Below are positions 48,420-57,895 of a stretch of 64,000 bases of DNA, piece after piece. Source of the stretch: a virus. The DNA lies in the IMG/VR virus record IMGVR_UViG_3300042890_005556; one strand, written 5' to 3'. Position numbers and translations under genes: made by a program. Positions within the stretch are counted from its first letter, which is position 1; the number at the start of each line of letters is the position of its first letter. The notes under the pieces are model-generated. The model had not been told where the DNA came from. It searched no databases and worked only from the letters and a program-made list of their open reading frames with translations.

Positions 48420-48946
48420 AAGCAGTATGCTTTGTGGCTCATCCAGACGACTGTATAATTTACGCAAAGCCGTTTCTCGACGCAACGCCATATATCGAAT
48501 GGTCCATACTATATCTAACATACAGTAAAAGCCACCCAAGGAGTCTAGAAGTATCCAAATATTGGAAGCACAGGACTTACCATCTCGAACAGCCAGACCT
48601 GGCTTTAGAGTATTTCACAAGTAAAACATCCATATCTGAGCTACTAATCGCTGATCTTGCAAGGCCATATTTTCAAGACACCAGTCTCATATTGACGCAC
48701 GGCAGCGAAGGCGAATATGGACACATACATCATAAATTAGTGTATAGCGTGTGTAAGACTATGCCGATCCCAAAAGTATTCTTTAGTAACGAAGGCTTGA
48801 TTTTAGCAAACAGGAAAATTGATACTAGCTATTTGCCAATTCATAGAAATGCCATCATCAAGTATTATAATCCTGTGCGTATGTATGATATAAGTGACGA
48901 AGCCAGGTCAATCATAATAGAGGCTAAGAAAAATGATACTAGATAA
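48383..48946 (+). CDS. PIG-L/LmbE-like N-deacetylase
   Basis: VAHPDD and TH...GEYGH.HH motifs. Confidence 0.8.
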   Translation: MCSGNDKKIQSIKAVCFVAHPDDCIIYAKPFLDATPYIEWSILYLTYSKSHPRSLEVSKYWKHRTYHLEQPDLALEYFTSKTSISELLIADLARPYFQDTSLILTHGSEGEYGHIHHKLVYSVCKTMPIPKVFFSNEGLILANRKIDTSYLPIHRNAIIKYYNPVRMYDISDEARSIIIEAKKNDTR

Positions 48947-49436
48947 CTCAACCGTCCTATACATATACCCCAAACGCAAGTTAGCCGAGGGGTATTATGA
49001 AACGTATGGTGAAACATGCGGTTGTCGAGTGGTAGGGATGGTGAATGAACTCAAGTACAAAATCCGCAAGTGCAGACTGGATGAATTTGTTAGAAGATGC
49101 TCAGCATATAGCATCAATTATGATGATTTTAACATCGCTACTGATTACAGTTCACTCAAGGAGCATGTTACTAAGAAAGAATTATCGCAGAAGGCTATTA
49201 GCACATTTGCTGAGAAAATGGCAACAATGTGCGAGTTCGATCTGCGGAGGGTGATATCCGCTTTAGAAAGCGGGCAGTTCGAGATGACCATCACGCCGCC
49301 GGTTTTAAAAATGGGGTCGTCATTAGCTAATGTTCAGCAGGCTCCTAATTACACCCAATATTTGGGTAGTATGCCGATGTCTTCTGAGACTGCTTCTGCC
49401 AATGATGAATTATATCAAAGACCACAGACGTGTTAA
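48933..49436 (+). CDS. Hypothetical protein
   Basis: GAGG RBS; overlaps the upstream stop. Confidence 0.65.
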   Translation: MILDNSTVLYIYPKRKLAEGYYETYGETCGCRVVGMVNELKYKIRKCRLDEFVRRCSAYSINYDDFNIATDYSSLKEHVTKKELSQKAISTFAEKMATMCEFDLRRVISALESGQFEMTITPPVLKMGSSLANVQQAPNYTQYLGSMPMSSETASANDELYQRPQTC

Positions 49437-49440
49437 AGAA

Positions 49441-49572
49441 TGTAGATTAAAGTGCTGTACTAACTAGCTCCAATACTAACATAATGGGGCGCGGTTGGGC
49501 GCAGGCTGTTACTCTTTAATCTGCATTTTAGAAGCCCAACCGCTCTCCCACATCGGTTGGGCTTCTTTTTTT
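49441..49572 (+). ncRNA. Candidate structured RNA with alternative terminator/antiterminator pairing
   Basis: Rod 49441-49525 with G-U pairs; 13-bp terminator stem 49530-49566 plus U-run; GCGGTTGGGC (49491-49500) can alternatively pair with 49534-49543. Confidence 0.5.
49530..49572 (+). terminator. Rho-independent terminator
   Basis: AGAAGCCCAACCG-11 nt loop-CGGTTGGGCTTCT-TTTTTT. Confidence 0.85.
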
Positions 49573-49867
49573 AGCAGTCCCATTTTTTCAGAGCACGGCA
49601 GATGGCCTTATCAGGGTCTTGTCTGCAGTCGATATTATGCATTTTCTTTTGTCCGCCCATCCTGGCGCAGAACGATTTGCGGCGTTTTGCCTTTTTGGGC
49701 GATTTTTTGGCTGCTTTACTAGATACAGGTGGTTTTAGGTTATGCCCTTTACTATTATAATGAGCACGGCCTTTGGAGTTCAAGCCACCTTCAGGGTTCT
49801 GAAAAGCTTTCTTGACACCCTCAAATATGTCTTCAAGGATGATTTCTACACGATCATCAAACAGCAT
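49571..49867 (-). CDS. Small basic protein of the T4-like-phage DUF6321-type family
   Basis: NPEGGLN.KGR..YN, NLKPPV, RRKSFCARM.G, AL.KW.C; AAGGAG RBS; acidic leader ending ILE/IFE. Confidence 0.75.
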   Translation of the reverse strand: MLFDDRVEIILEDIFEGVKKAFQNPEGGLNSKGRAHYNSKGHNLKPPVSSKAAKKSPKKAKRRKSFCARMGGQKKMHNIDCRQDPDKAICRALKKWDC

Positions 49868-50119
49868 GCGATTCTCCTTCAGATCAATCGAATAGTAGAG
49901 ACTTGTTATAATGGAGTCTGTTCTCTGCCAGAGGCAGCCAAAAACCAAAATGTAAATGGTCAAATTCGCGGGAGACTTCATCTAAAATATTCAAGAGCAT
50001 CACAATGTCTGTCATGACCATCTCCAATAATAGAGCAATGTTTAAAATATTTTAACCTTAAAATGTAAATATACGCAACGCATTCCCTTACTATCACTGC
50101 AGCTGTAGGAGATCAAAAC

Positions 50120-50425
50120 ATGGCTATCATTGCTTCAACCCCCGTAACAGCCCCAACATCTAATAGTCTAGTCTATGACAAATGGATGGTTGTAAAGATC
50201 GTAAGTAACATTGGTATCACCAAGGCACCTCTAGTAGTGACGCTACAAAGAGCAGCAGAAACTCCAACCGGATGGGTTCTAATGCCAGTCCAATCAAGAG
50301 ACGCTCAAAAAACCTTTAACGTCGACATCTACAAAGAGATGTTAAATACACCAGAACTAAAAACAGCCGTCGATGCAATTACCGCAGCGGTCGTAGCTTT
50401 TGGCACAAAGCAAAACCTCCTGTGA
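50120..50425 (+). CDS. Hypothetical protein
   Basis: AGGAG RBS; GTAAATATAC upstream. Confidence 0.75.
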   Translation: MAIIASTPVTAPTSNSLVYDKWMVVKIVSNIGITKAPLVVTLQRAAETPTGWVLMPVQSRDAQKTFNVDIYKEMLNTPELKTAVDAITAAVVAFGTKQNLL

Positions 50426-50432
50426 TTTAATC

Positions 50433-50487
50433 ATCCCCAAGGGCTACGTCACAAAGGCAGTGCCTGCCTGGATGTACTCGTGGGGAT
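50433..50487 (+). other. Long imperfect intergenic hairpin
   Basis: Nested helices ATCCCCA/TGGGGAT, TACGTC/GATGTA and AGGCAG/CTGCCT. Confidence 0.45.
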
Positions 50488-50514
50488 TATACTTATAATC
50501 TAGTAGAGACTGAA

Positions 50515-50715
50515 ATGAAGCCAGACTCTGTAAAAGCTAGCCCAGAAATAGTCATCCAGACTTTAGAAGAAGCCATAATATTAGCTGACAAAGCATTCTG
50601 TCAATTATACAATGAACACAATGATAATCAAATAGAAGAAGACGTAGAGGTATGGATAAATCAAGTGCTTGAAAGAAAACTCAAGCAGAATGAAGAATCA
50701 CGTCGGAATCTTTAA
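50515..50715 (+). CDS. Small acidic hypothetical protein
   Basis: 66-aa ORF. Confidence 0.5.
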   Translation: MKPDSVKASPEIVIQTLEEAIILADKAFCQLYNEHNDNQIEEDVEVWINQVLERKLKQNEESRRNL

Positions 50716-51312
50716 AAACACCGATTGCCTGCCCTCAACGATCTTCTTATATCCCAAATCCAGAAGTTTAGGCATTAATAGCCTGCCCTTACCGCCCTCA
50801 TAACAATCAGTATCATCAATACCGACCATATTAATGTTCGATAATTTAGATTCAGCAGCTTCAAAAGCCTCCAAGTGCTTTTCAGCATAAGGTATATGTG
50901 CGACAGCATCCCAAGCATCAAGATACAGAAAGTCTATAGATCCATCAAAGGACTTTAAAAATTCAATCCCGTCACGGTGATAAAAATGTAAATCATCACG
51001 TTGAGGAAGATACATCTCATTCAGCTCAATATCAACAGAATGCACCACGCAATCAGTCTCATACCAATGGTGTGTTGAATGACCATCATTACAACAGGTA
51101 TTAGTGTCGCCAACATCATGAAGATGATGGCAAAGTGGAGCCCTAGAAGACCCTATCTCCACGATTGTTCTGAAATTAAAATAATTAATTACAGATCTTT
51201 GTAATATCAGTGACTCGTAAGGCACTTTTCTTTTGCTTAAATCACCATCCGTGATGTAAACAACTGGTAAGTTTTTGCCCCACTCGAGAATGCCTTGTAA
51301 TGCACAGCTCAT
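50698..51312 (-). CDS. Class I SAM-dependent methyltransferase (Methyltransf_24-like)
   Basis: IVEIGS.R, DGHST, SVDI, DGIEFL, IDFLYLD, IDD and GKG motifs. Confidence 0.8.
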   Translation of the reverse strand: MSCALQGILEWGKNLPVVYITDGDLSKRKVPYESLILQRSVINYFNFRTIVEIGSSRAPLCHHLHDVGDTNTCCNDGHSTHHWYETDCVVHSVDIELNEMYLPQRDDLHFYHRDGIEFLKSFDGSIDFLYLDAWDAVAHIPYAEKHLEAFEAAESKLSNINMVGIDDTDCYEGGKGRLLMPKLLDLGYKKIVEGRQSVFLKIPT

Positions 51313-51361
51313 ATATTTCTCCCAGCTTACATACACTTCAAATCTACAACAGGAGATACAG

Positions 51362-52180
51362 ATGAAACTGAACAATATACATGAAGCACTTGATACCAAG
51401 ACCCTTGGTTTAGGCGACACGAAGACTTATGTCATACCATCCAAAGACTACGACGACAAAAGATACGTCTACGCCAAAAGAGATGATAAAACCCAAAACA
51501 TGTATGCTGTGTTCTTCTCACCAGCTGAAATAACACACTCAACACCATACATAGCAGAAATAGTTAAAGTAAACCCGACAAGGGTCTACTCAATAGAATT
51601 AGTAACAGCACCTATAGATGACACTGCAAGAGATATCATGGACTACCCATGGTCATACTCAAAAACAGGAGCAGGCAACGCACCATCCGTATACAGATTC
51701 CTCATGTCATCTGTACAAGATTTCTTTTTAAATAAGATGAAGCCAGCGATAGTAAAATTCCATGGTTATACACCAGACATGAACCTAATATACGATATAG
51801 TTATGAAAAAATTCAGCGAAAAGTATAAAGACACAACATACGTCCCGTACTACAAAGATCTCTTTATAAACATGCAAACGGTAGAAAAAATCCAAAACCA
51901 AGAAGTCAAGAATGATATCCTTAATATTACTGGTATAGCTGGAGAACAATATAATAGAATGATCAGCAGATCAATGGCCGACAAAGACGAAGAAAGAACT
52001 GAAAGAAGAGATAGAAACAGCCCCGGAAAATACAGACCTATAGATTCCAGCAATGATACCAAGCCAAATGACTCAATCATGCCAAATGACTCAATCATGC
52101 CAAAGATTCAAGCTCTCGACCCAAAAAAGCGGAATAGTTCTTCCACCGACCCACAGAGGAAGCGTATAACGGCTTTCTGA
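51362..52180 (+). CDS. Paralog family member 1 (divergent), class A leader
   Basis: MKLNNIHE; KTGAGN..VY..LM..V.DFF; F.GYT.DM..IY. Confidence 0.8.
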   Translation: MKLNNIHEALDTKTLGLGDTKTYVIPSKDYDDKRYVYAKRDDKTQNMYAVFFSPAEITHSTPYIAEIVKVNPTRVYSIELVTAPIDDTARDIMDYPWSYSKTGAGNAPSVYRFLMSSVQDFFLNKMKPAIVKFHGYTPDMNLIYDIVMKKFSEKYKDTTYVPYYKDLFINMQTVEKIQNQEVKNDILNITGIAGEQYNRMISRSMADKDEERTERRDRNSPGKYRPIDSSNDTKPNDSIMPNDSIMPKIQALDPKKRNSSSTDPQRKRITAF

Positions 52181-53375
52181 CCTGTGATAAGCTAGCGGTT
52201 CTAACATTGCTTTTAGCCTTATGAAAATCTAGGCACGAAGACTCAAATCCTACGCCCACAAAATCAAGCAAAGCCGATACAGTATCCTCAAAACCATCTA
52301 TTAAATCCTCGTACGATAAATCAAACCAACTAATACCAATATTTTCCCAATGTTTAACTATTCTATCGAAATTTCGGAACTTGTTAGATATATTGCCAAA
52401 GTTGTTGGCCCATCTTATGACTGCAAAATTAGTCTGCCAGCAAGACAATGCAACGTCTCTCTTGTCCCTTCTGCAAAGAATAATCTTAGACTTAGGAAAT
52501 AAGATCTTTATGAACCCTACCATATTCACATTGTCAGGTAGCTTATCGACAAAATGTACACCATCTACATTTTCAGTATATTTCAGATATAGCTCAGAGC
52601 ATCTGGCTATATCAATATCATTGAATTCTTTCAATGTAGTAAAAGGCTTTGAAGATAAACTCCTAAAAATATTATAGATATGTGATAGTTCTCCACCACT
52701 CCCAATATGACTATGAGATGATAATATTTTTTCGACCAATGTCGTGCCGCTTCTCGGTAAACCAACCACGAATATCGGTCTAGTTGTACTATGACCAGCA
52801 AATTGAGATATGAACCTATTCGTATAGTTATTGACTGTTAGATTGGCTTCTATATCAGTTAATTTGGGATTATAGTCAGACTTTACATCATTGGCCTTTA
52901 CAAAATGATAATATGCTCTATCATATTGTGCAGATTTGTCAAACGAACAACCTAGTGCATAGTGCAGTATGTGATTAGGATTTTTTGATAATAATGACAA
53001 GCATGTTTTAATATCTTTCGGATCAAGCCTGGAGTGCGATGATTTCAGAAAGTATAGTGATTGCTCTTCCGGATATTGGGACTGTACTTCCTCTAGCGTA
53101 GCGTTAGCTTCTGGGTTGCCGGTCTCGTAGTATAATGATATTCTGCCGATTAGAGCGTTTAGGTTAGACGGTTCAGATGCAAGTGATAGATCATAGTGGT
53201 ATTGAGCTGATTCATGTTCACCCATTTCTTGATGATTTTTTGCTATCAGGCAGTTTAGTCTTGAGTCATCTGGATGTGCTTGTTTTGCTTTTTCTAGATA
53301 TTTTATTGCTTTTCTATAGTTGCGGTTTGTCTGTAATTGCTCTGCGGCATCAAGCATGTTGTTGAATTGATTCAT
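52095..53375 (-). CDS. TPR-repeat sulfotransferase
   Basis: N-terminal TPRs; PIFVVGLPRSGTTLVE, DKLPDN and RTAS..QVRKP.Y..S.GRW. Confidence 0.92.
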   Translation of the reverse strand: MNQFNNMLDAAEQLQTNRNYRKAIKYLEKAKQAHPDDSRLNCLIAKNHQEMGEHESAQYHYDLSLASEPSNLNALIGRISLYYETGNPEANATLEEVQSQYPEEQSLYFLKSSHSRLDPKDIKTCLSLLSKNPNHILHYALGCSFDKSAQYDRAYYHFVKANDVKSDYNPKLTDIEANLTVNNYTNRFISQFAGHSTTRPIFVVGLPRSGTTLVEKILSSHSHIGSGGELSHIYNIFRSLSSKPFTTLKEFNDIDIARCSELYLKYTENVDGVHFVDKLPDNVNMVGFIKILFPKSKIILCRRDKRDVALSCWQTNFAVIRWANNFGNISNKFRNFDRIVKHWENIGISWFDLSYEDLIDGFEDTVSALLDFVGVGFESSCLDFHKAKSNVRTASLSQVRKPLYASSVGRWKNYSAFLGRELESLA

Positions 53376-53417
53376 GCATTTATTTAGCTTATTAAACATA
53401 CATTATAGGAGATAGAG

Positions 53418-54266
53418 ATGAAGCTTTACAATATCATGGGCGGTGTTTTGTCAGAATGTACTAGTGTTGCTGTCACGATACAAAATAAAATCATATTAGC
53501 GAAAAACAGAGACAGAACATATTATCCAAAGCTTAAAATAATCAGAGAAATGATCAACGATATAGAGACATGTTATATGTATGATGTCGATACAGATTAT
53601 AGTGAAGGCATGAACGAAAAAGGCATAGGCATTGTCAACACCACATTGCAAGGCAAAGAAGATGAAAAAGAGACAAAGACAGTATCAAAGCACAAAAAGT
53701 TAAGTGCCGACGGTCACAAAATCAGAACAGCTCTTGGCATGACGGATGTAGATGAGATTATTAAGACGCTTGACTTATACAAAAGAGGACTTGGTGGGCA
53801 TACGACGATAGGCCACAAATCTGGCTACGTGAGCATCGAGAAATTAAGGATGGGCAAGCCGCACATCACAAAATATGATAAAAACGACATAATAGTAAGA
53901 ACTAACCATGGGATATTCTACCCTGATCAGGGCTACCAGCAAGGGTTAGACAGAGAATCAAGCTTGTCAAGAGCATTCCATGCTACGGCGGACGCCAAAG
54001 AAGCGACAACTCCGGAAGAATTGCTAGAATTGATGCGTACCCACAATGAGCCAGGTTTCTTAGAACCATATAGGACAAATTATAAAGTCTGGACCAGCAG
54101 CCAAATTTTATTAAATCTCACCGATCTTGAATTGACGCTTGTTATAGATGAGAACGCTAAGTTTCTTGGTGTTGAGGATAGGCTACCCAAGAATTACACA
54201 CCAAAAATAGACATAAACTTGTATGAATCTAAGATCTACATTGACACCAAGCCGATAAAGAAATGA
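53418..54266 (+). CDS. Ntn hydrolase (C45/choloylglycine-hydrolase-like) with short leader
   Basis: LSE|CTSV, LAKNRDR, EGMNEKG.GIVN and VRTNH. Confidence 0.8.
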   Translation: MKLYNIMGGVLSECTSVAVTIQNKIILAKNRDRTYYPKLKIIREMINDIETCYMYDVDTDYSEGMNEKGIGIVNTTLQGKEDEKETKTVSKHKKLSADGHKIRTALGMTDVDEIIKTLDLYKRGLGGHTTIGHKSGYVSIEKLRMGKPHITKYDKNDIIVRTNHGIFYPDQGYQQGLDRESSLSRAFHATADAKEATTPEELLELMRTHNEPGFLEPYRTNYKVWTSSQILLNLTDLELTLVIDENAKFLGVEDRLPKNYTPKIDINLYESKIYIDTKPIKK

Positions 54267-54399
54267 AATATAAGAAACCAATTATCGTGATGATATCTGT
54301 CATTGTATTACAGATACTATTCGGGTGGGACCCGAAGTTCACTTTAATCAACATAATTTGGTTATTGCTGTAGTAAAAATACTTATAGGAGATAAAAAC

Positions 54400-55032
54400 A
54401 TGAGACTGTCAGTAATATCAGAAGTAGCTGACCCAAGATCTACAAATATGGATGGAATAGAAATAAGTAAACATGATCCAGACATAACTTATTCTTTTAC
54501 AGACCCAAGATCACCAGACTTACTTTATAGTGTCATATTTGAAGCAGCAGAAATTGGGTACCAAAATTGCCCGCATTACAATGATATTAGACAAGTCACA
54601 AACGAAAACTCATATAAGTTAGACCTAACAGTAGCAAAAGACGGTTCACCAAACTGGTCGTTCGATAAAACCGGTAGAGGGAATTTTGCTTTTGTATACG
54701 GTAAGCTAATGACATGCGTTATTGACTTCTTAATAACAAGAGATGTGGAAGCACCATTCATAGTATTTTCTGGTTTCAGTAAAGACATGGAACTCATTTA
54801 TAAGAGATTAATGGATCGGTTAAATAACGAATACCCAGATTATACATATTACCCATATAGTGATGGCCTTTACATTTCATCTAGAGCTATCGAAAAGATA
54901 GAAGATGAGGACATCAAAGATGAAATCTTTGAGGCTATAAGTTCCCATTCTAGGGAAAGAGATGAAAGACACAAAATGATCAGAAAAGAGAAACAAGAAA
55001 AAAACCCGCGCAGTCGTGGCAACGTTTTATAA
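54400..55032 (+). CDS. Paralog family member 2, class A leader
   Basis: MRLSVISEVADP; KTGRGNFAFVYGKLMTCVIDF; FSGFSKDME. Confidence 0.85.
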   Translation: MRLSVISEVADPRSTNMDGIEISKHDPDITYSFTDPRSPDLLYSVIFEAAEIGYQNCPHYNDIRQVTNENSYKLDLTVAKDGSPNWSFDKTGRGNFAFVYGKLMTCVIDFLITRDVEAPFIVFSGFSKDMELIYKRLMDRLNNEYPDYTYYPYSDGLYISSRAIEKIEDEDIKDEIFEAISSHSRERDERHKMIRKEKQEKNPRSRGNVL

Positions 55033-55041
55033 GGGAAAATC

Positions 55042-55674
55042 ATGAAAATCTCGACGATAAACGAAGTGGCAAACCCAAGCGACACCGAGCTTGGAGACAT
55101 GGAAGTGGGAGTAGAAGACGGTGATTTTTTATATAAGTTCATTGACCCAAGGCATGATGATGTCATTTATAGAGTCGCATTCATGAAAGAAAGCACGCCA
55201 CACGGTCTGACATACAGCAGAGAAATATTAGCAGTCAATCCAGGCAAAACAATCAGCATAGGTCTTACTCACCAGAAAATCAATGAAACTGGCTTCGAAC
55301 GCCATTCTAAGACAGGTAAAGGAAATTTTGCTTTCATTTACAGCAAGCTAATGGCTTGTGTTATTGACTATTTTGCTACTAGAGACAATAACCCGCCGTT
55401 TGTGACGTTTTCTGGCTACACTAAGGATATGGATAGTGTATATGAAAAAATCATGGAGAGATTAAACAAGAAATATCCCAGCAAGGCTTATTTTCCATAT
55501 AGCGGTGGTGTTTACGTTTCATCTGACACTGTTTATAATATCGAAGACCAAGGTGTTAAGATGGGCATTCTAAATAAGATTAGCAAACAGTCTGGCCTCA
55601 ATAAAGCTGAGATCGAGCGCATCAAGGCAGTCAAGAGAAGCAGAGATCAAGATTTTCAAGGCAATTATTTCTGA
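55042..55674 (+). CDS. Paralog family member 3, class A leader
   Basis: MKISTINEVANP; KTGKGNFAFIYSKLMACVIDYF. Confidence 0.85.
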   Translation: MKISTINEVANPSDTELGDMEVGVEDGDFLYKFIDPRHDDVIYRVAFMKESTPHGLTYSREILAVNPGKTISIGLTHQKINETGFERHSKTGKGNFAFIYSKLMACVIDYFATRDNNPPFVTFSGYTKDMDSVYEKIMERLNKKYPSKAYFPYSGGVYVSSDTVYNIEDQGVKMGILNKISKQSGLNKAEIERIKAVKRSRDQDFQGNYF

Positions 55675-55705
55675 AAATATACAGTGAAAACTCTGGGAGA
55701 CATTC

Positions 55706-56683
55706 ATGAGCATCGATCCGCGCATAATTGCTAGGCTTATAACCGAAGATCCAGATCATTTTAATGAAGTATATGCTAGGCATCTCATTAATGAGATCGT
55801 AGACCCTGGTAATACTGATCTCGGAGACATAGAAGTAGAAGAGGAGGATCGTCATGGGTCTCTCAACACTACGTATACGTTCAGCGATCCAAGGCATAAA
55901 TATATGCAATATGGCGATAGTTACGATATGGGCTATATTGTGAGTTTTAAATCCAGATTGGTAGGTTCTGATCAAGATTATCAGAATGTCGGGCAGGGCT
56001 TCGAGGAACAGATTCCACTTGGCGCACGGGTCGTTAATATAGATTTAGAAAGCACCGCTCAAGGGTATAGCAAAACCAAGAAGGGCAATTTCGCCTTTGT
56101 TTACAGCAGATTGATGACCTGTGTGGTAGACTACTTCCACAATAAAGGCAACGATCCAATGTTTGTGCAATTTAAAGGGTATTCTAAAGATATGGATAGT
56201 GTCTATCTTAAAATCATGGATAGGCTGGCCAAGAAATACCCTGATAGAGGATACTATCCATTTAAATATGGAGCGTTCATCTTAAAATCTGCTGTAAGCA
56301 ATATCGAAGATGACACTGTCAAAATGCGATTATTGGATGCTATAGAAAACCAATCTAAACTGTTAAAATCCGGAATCGCTGATTATAAAAGTGAAAAAAG
56401 AAGAATTGCTGCGGCACGTGGAAATGAATACAATGCCGATGAGGACGATGAAGATGATGATTATGATGATGACTATGTAGTAACACCAGAAGAGCAGGCA
56501 GCAAGGCTGAGGGGGCTGCTTAGTATGATGCCGCCAGTGCCGGGTTCACCGCATGAACGCATGGCTCTCAGCATTTTACCACCTGAACCGGGCTCTGCCC
56601 ACGAACAGTTCTTGCTAAATTACCGACCAGTTCCTGGTTCTGCCCATGAGCAATGGCTAAACAGCCGCCAACAAAGCAGATAA
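55706..56683 (+). CDS. Paralog family member 4, class B leader
   Basis: MSIDPRIIARLITEDPDHFN; KT.KGNFAFVYSRLMTCVVDYF; acidic tract; three P.PGS.HE repeats. Confidence 0.85.
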   Translation: MSIDPRIIARLITEDPDHFNEVYARHLINEIVDPGNTDLGDIEVEEEDRHGSLNTTYTFSDPRHKYMQYGDSYDMGYIVSFKSRLVGSDQDYQNVGQGFEEQIPLGARVVNIDLESTAQGYSKTKKGNFAFVYSRLMTCVVDYFHNKGNDPMFVQFKGYSKDMDSVYLKIMDRLAKKYPDRGYYPFKYGAFILKSAVSNIEDDTVKMRLLDAIENQSKLLKSGIADYKSEKRRIAAARGNEYNADEDDEDDDYDDDYVVTPEEQAARLRGLLSMMPPVPGSPHERMALSILPPEPGSAHEQFLLNYRPVPGSAHEQWLNSRQQSR

Positions 56684-56704
56684 AACACCAAACGGAGCCC
56701 TCTC

Positions 56705-57610
56705 ATGAGTATCGACCCGCGCATAATCGCAAAGCTAATAACCGAAGATCCTAATCATTTTAATGAAGCATATGAGAAAAAGCTTCTTAATGAGATTTTA
56801 GACCCAGGCAACACTGATCTTGGTGATATTGAAGTAAGAGAAATGGGTCCACGTACTATATATAATTTCAGCGATCCGAGGCACGATGCTGACTATATAG
56901 TAGAATTTCACACAAAACGGTATTATAACCATTACGACGTGAATGGCCTCGACAATGCGCAAGTAGTCGATATAGTATTAAAAATCGATGATTATAATCG
57001 CTTTGCAGCGACTGGTAAAGGCAACTTCGCTTTTGTCTATAGCAGATTAATGACCTGCGTCGTTGATTACTTCCACACTAGAGGTAACGATCAAGAATTA
57101 GTACAATTTAGTGGATATTCGACTGATATGGACAGCGTCTACAATAAAATCATAGACAGACTAGCTAAGAAATACCCTGACAGAGTTTATTACCCATATA
57201 GGAAAAGCATGTACATCTCAAAGTCCACTATCGATAATATCGAAGATGACGACGCGAAAATGCAAATCCTACAAGCTATCGATAATCAAACTAAGATGCT
57301 CAAATCCGAAATCTCATCTTATAAAAGCGCTAAAAGACAAAGCGCCAGGGACAGGAGAGAACAACCAGCGGCACCGAGATGGAATTACGATAGCAGCATC
57401 CAAGACAATAATGATGATCCTCAAGCTTCAGTGGGTGAATATTCCGGTTTTGATGACCCGATTTCTGGTGAACCATTATCGATGTATGAAATCCAGAATC
57501 CATTATATCATCCAGAAACAGGTGAAGAAATCGGAACAAACGAAGAATTCGAAGCAGCAATAGAATGGTACCGATCACGGATGAATGTTAGCAGAGAGCA
57601 AAGACGATGA
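56705..57610 (+). CDS. Paralog family member 5, class B leader
   Basis: MSIDPRIIAKLITEDPNHFN; TGKGNFAFVYSRLMTCVVDYF. Confidence 0.85.
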   Translation: MSIDPRIIAKLITEDPNHFNEAYEKKLLNEILDPGNTDLGDIEVREMGPRTIYNFSDPRHDADYIVEFHTKRYYNHYDVNGLDNAQVVDIVLKIDDYNRFAATGKGNFAFVYSRLMTCVVDYFHTRGNDQELVQFSGYSTDMDSVYNKIIDRLAKKYPDRVYYPYRKSMYISKSTIDNIEDDDAKMQILQAIDNQTKMLKSEISSYKSAKRQSARDRREQPAAPRWNYDSSIQDNNDDPQASVGEYSGFDDPISGEPLSMYEIQNPLYHPETGEEIGTNEEFEAAIEWYRSRMNVSREQRR

Positions 57611-57855
57611 ACCACTTTACAGAAGAACAAGAACAAAAACTCACTCAATGCGGTTGGACCAAACATACCAACCCCGGATCAATCCATTGGGAAAAAAGTC
57701 AAAATAATGGGCGATTTATTATTACCACCAGAGATATAGGTGGCAGAGTATGGTTCATCTATGATTTTGACTGCCCTGGCCTGTTCGAAGATTTCTACCC
57801 GACCAAGACATTCACCAAGGTAGAAGCCCTGCTAAAATTCATTGAAAAAGAATAA
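57607..57855 (+). CDS. Small hypothetical protein
   Basis: ATGA overlap with the upstream stop. Confidence 0.65.
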   Translation: MNHFTEEQEQKLTQCGWTKHTNPGSIHWEKSQNNGRFIITTRDIGGRVWFIYDFDCPGLFEDFYPTKTFTKVEALLKFIEKE

Positions 57856-57895
57856 TCGGGTAAATTTATAAAGTAACCAATTTTTGGAGATACCA

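Noticed and set aside
49485-49560. tRNA (GGGGC... start and ...CCA-like end)
   Set aside because: No TTCRA T-loop or cloverleaf; better explained as rod/terminator structures.
50042-50055. TTAAAATATTTTAA palindrome as an operator
   Set aside because: AT-only and single copy; expected by chance in AT-rich intergenic DNA.
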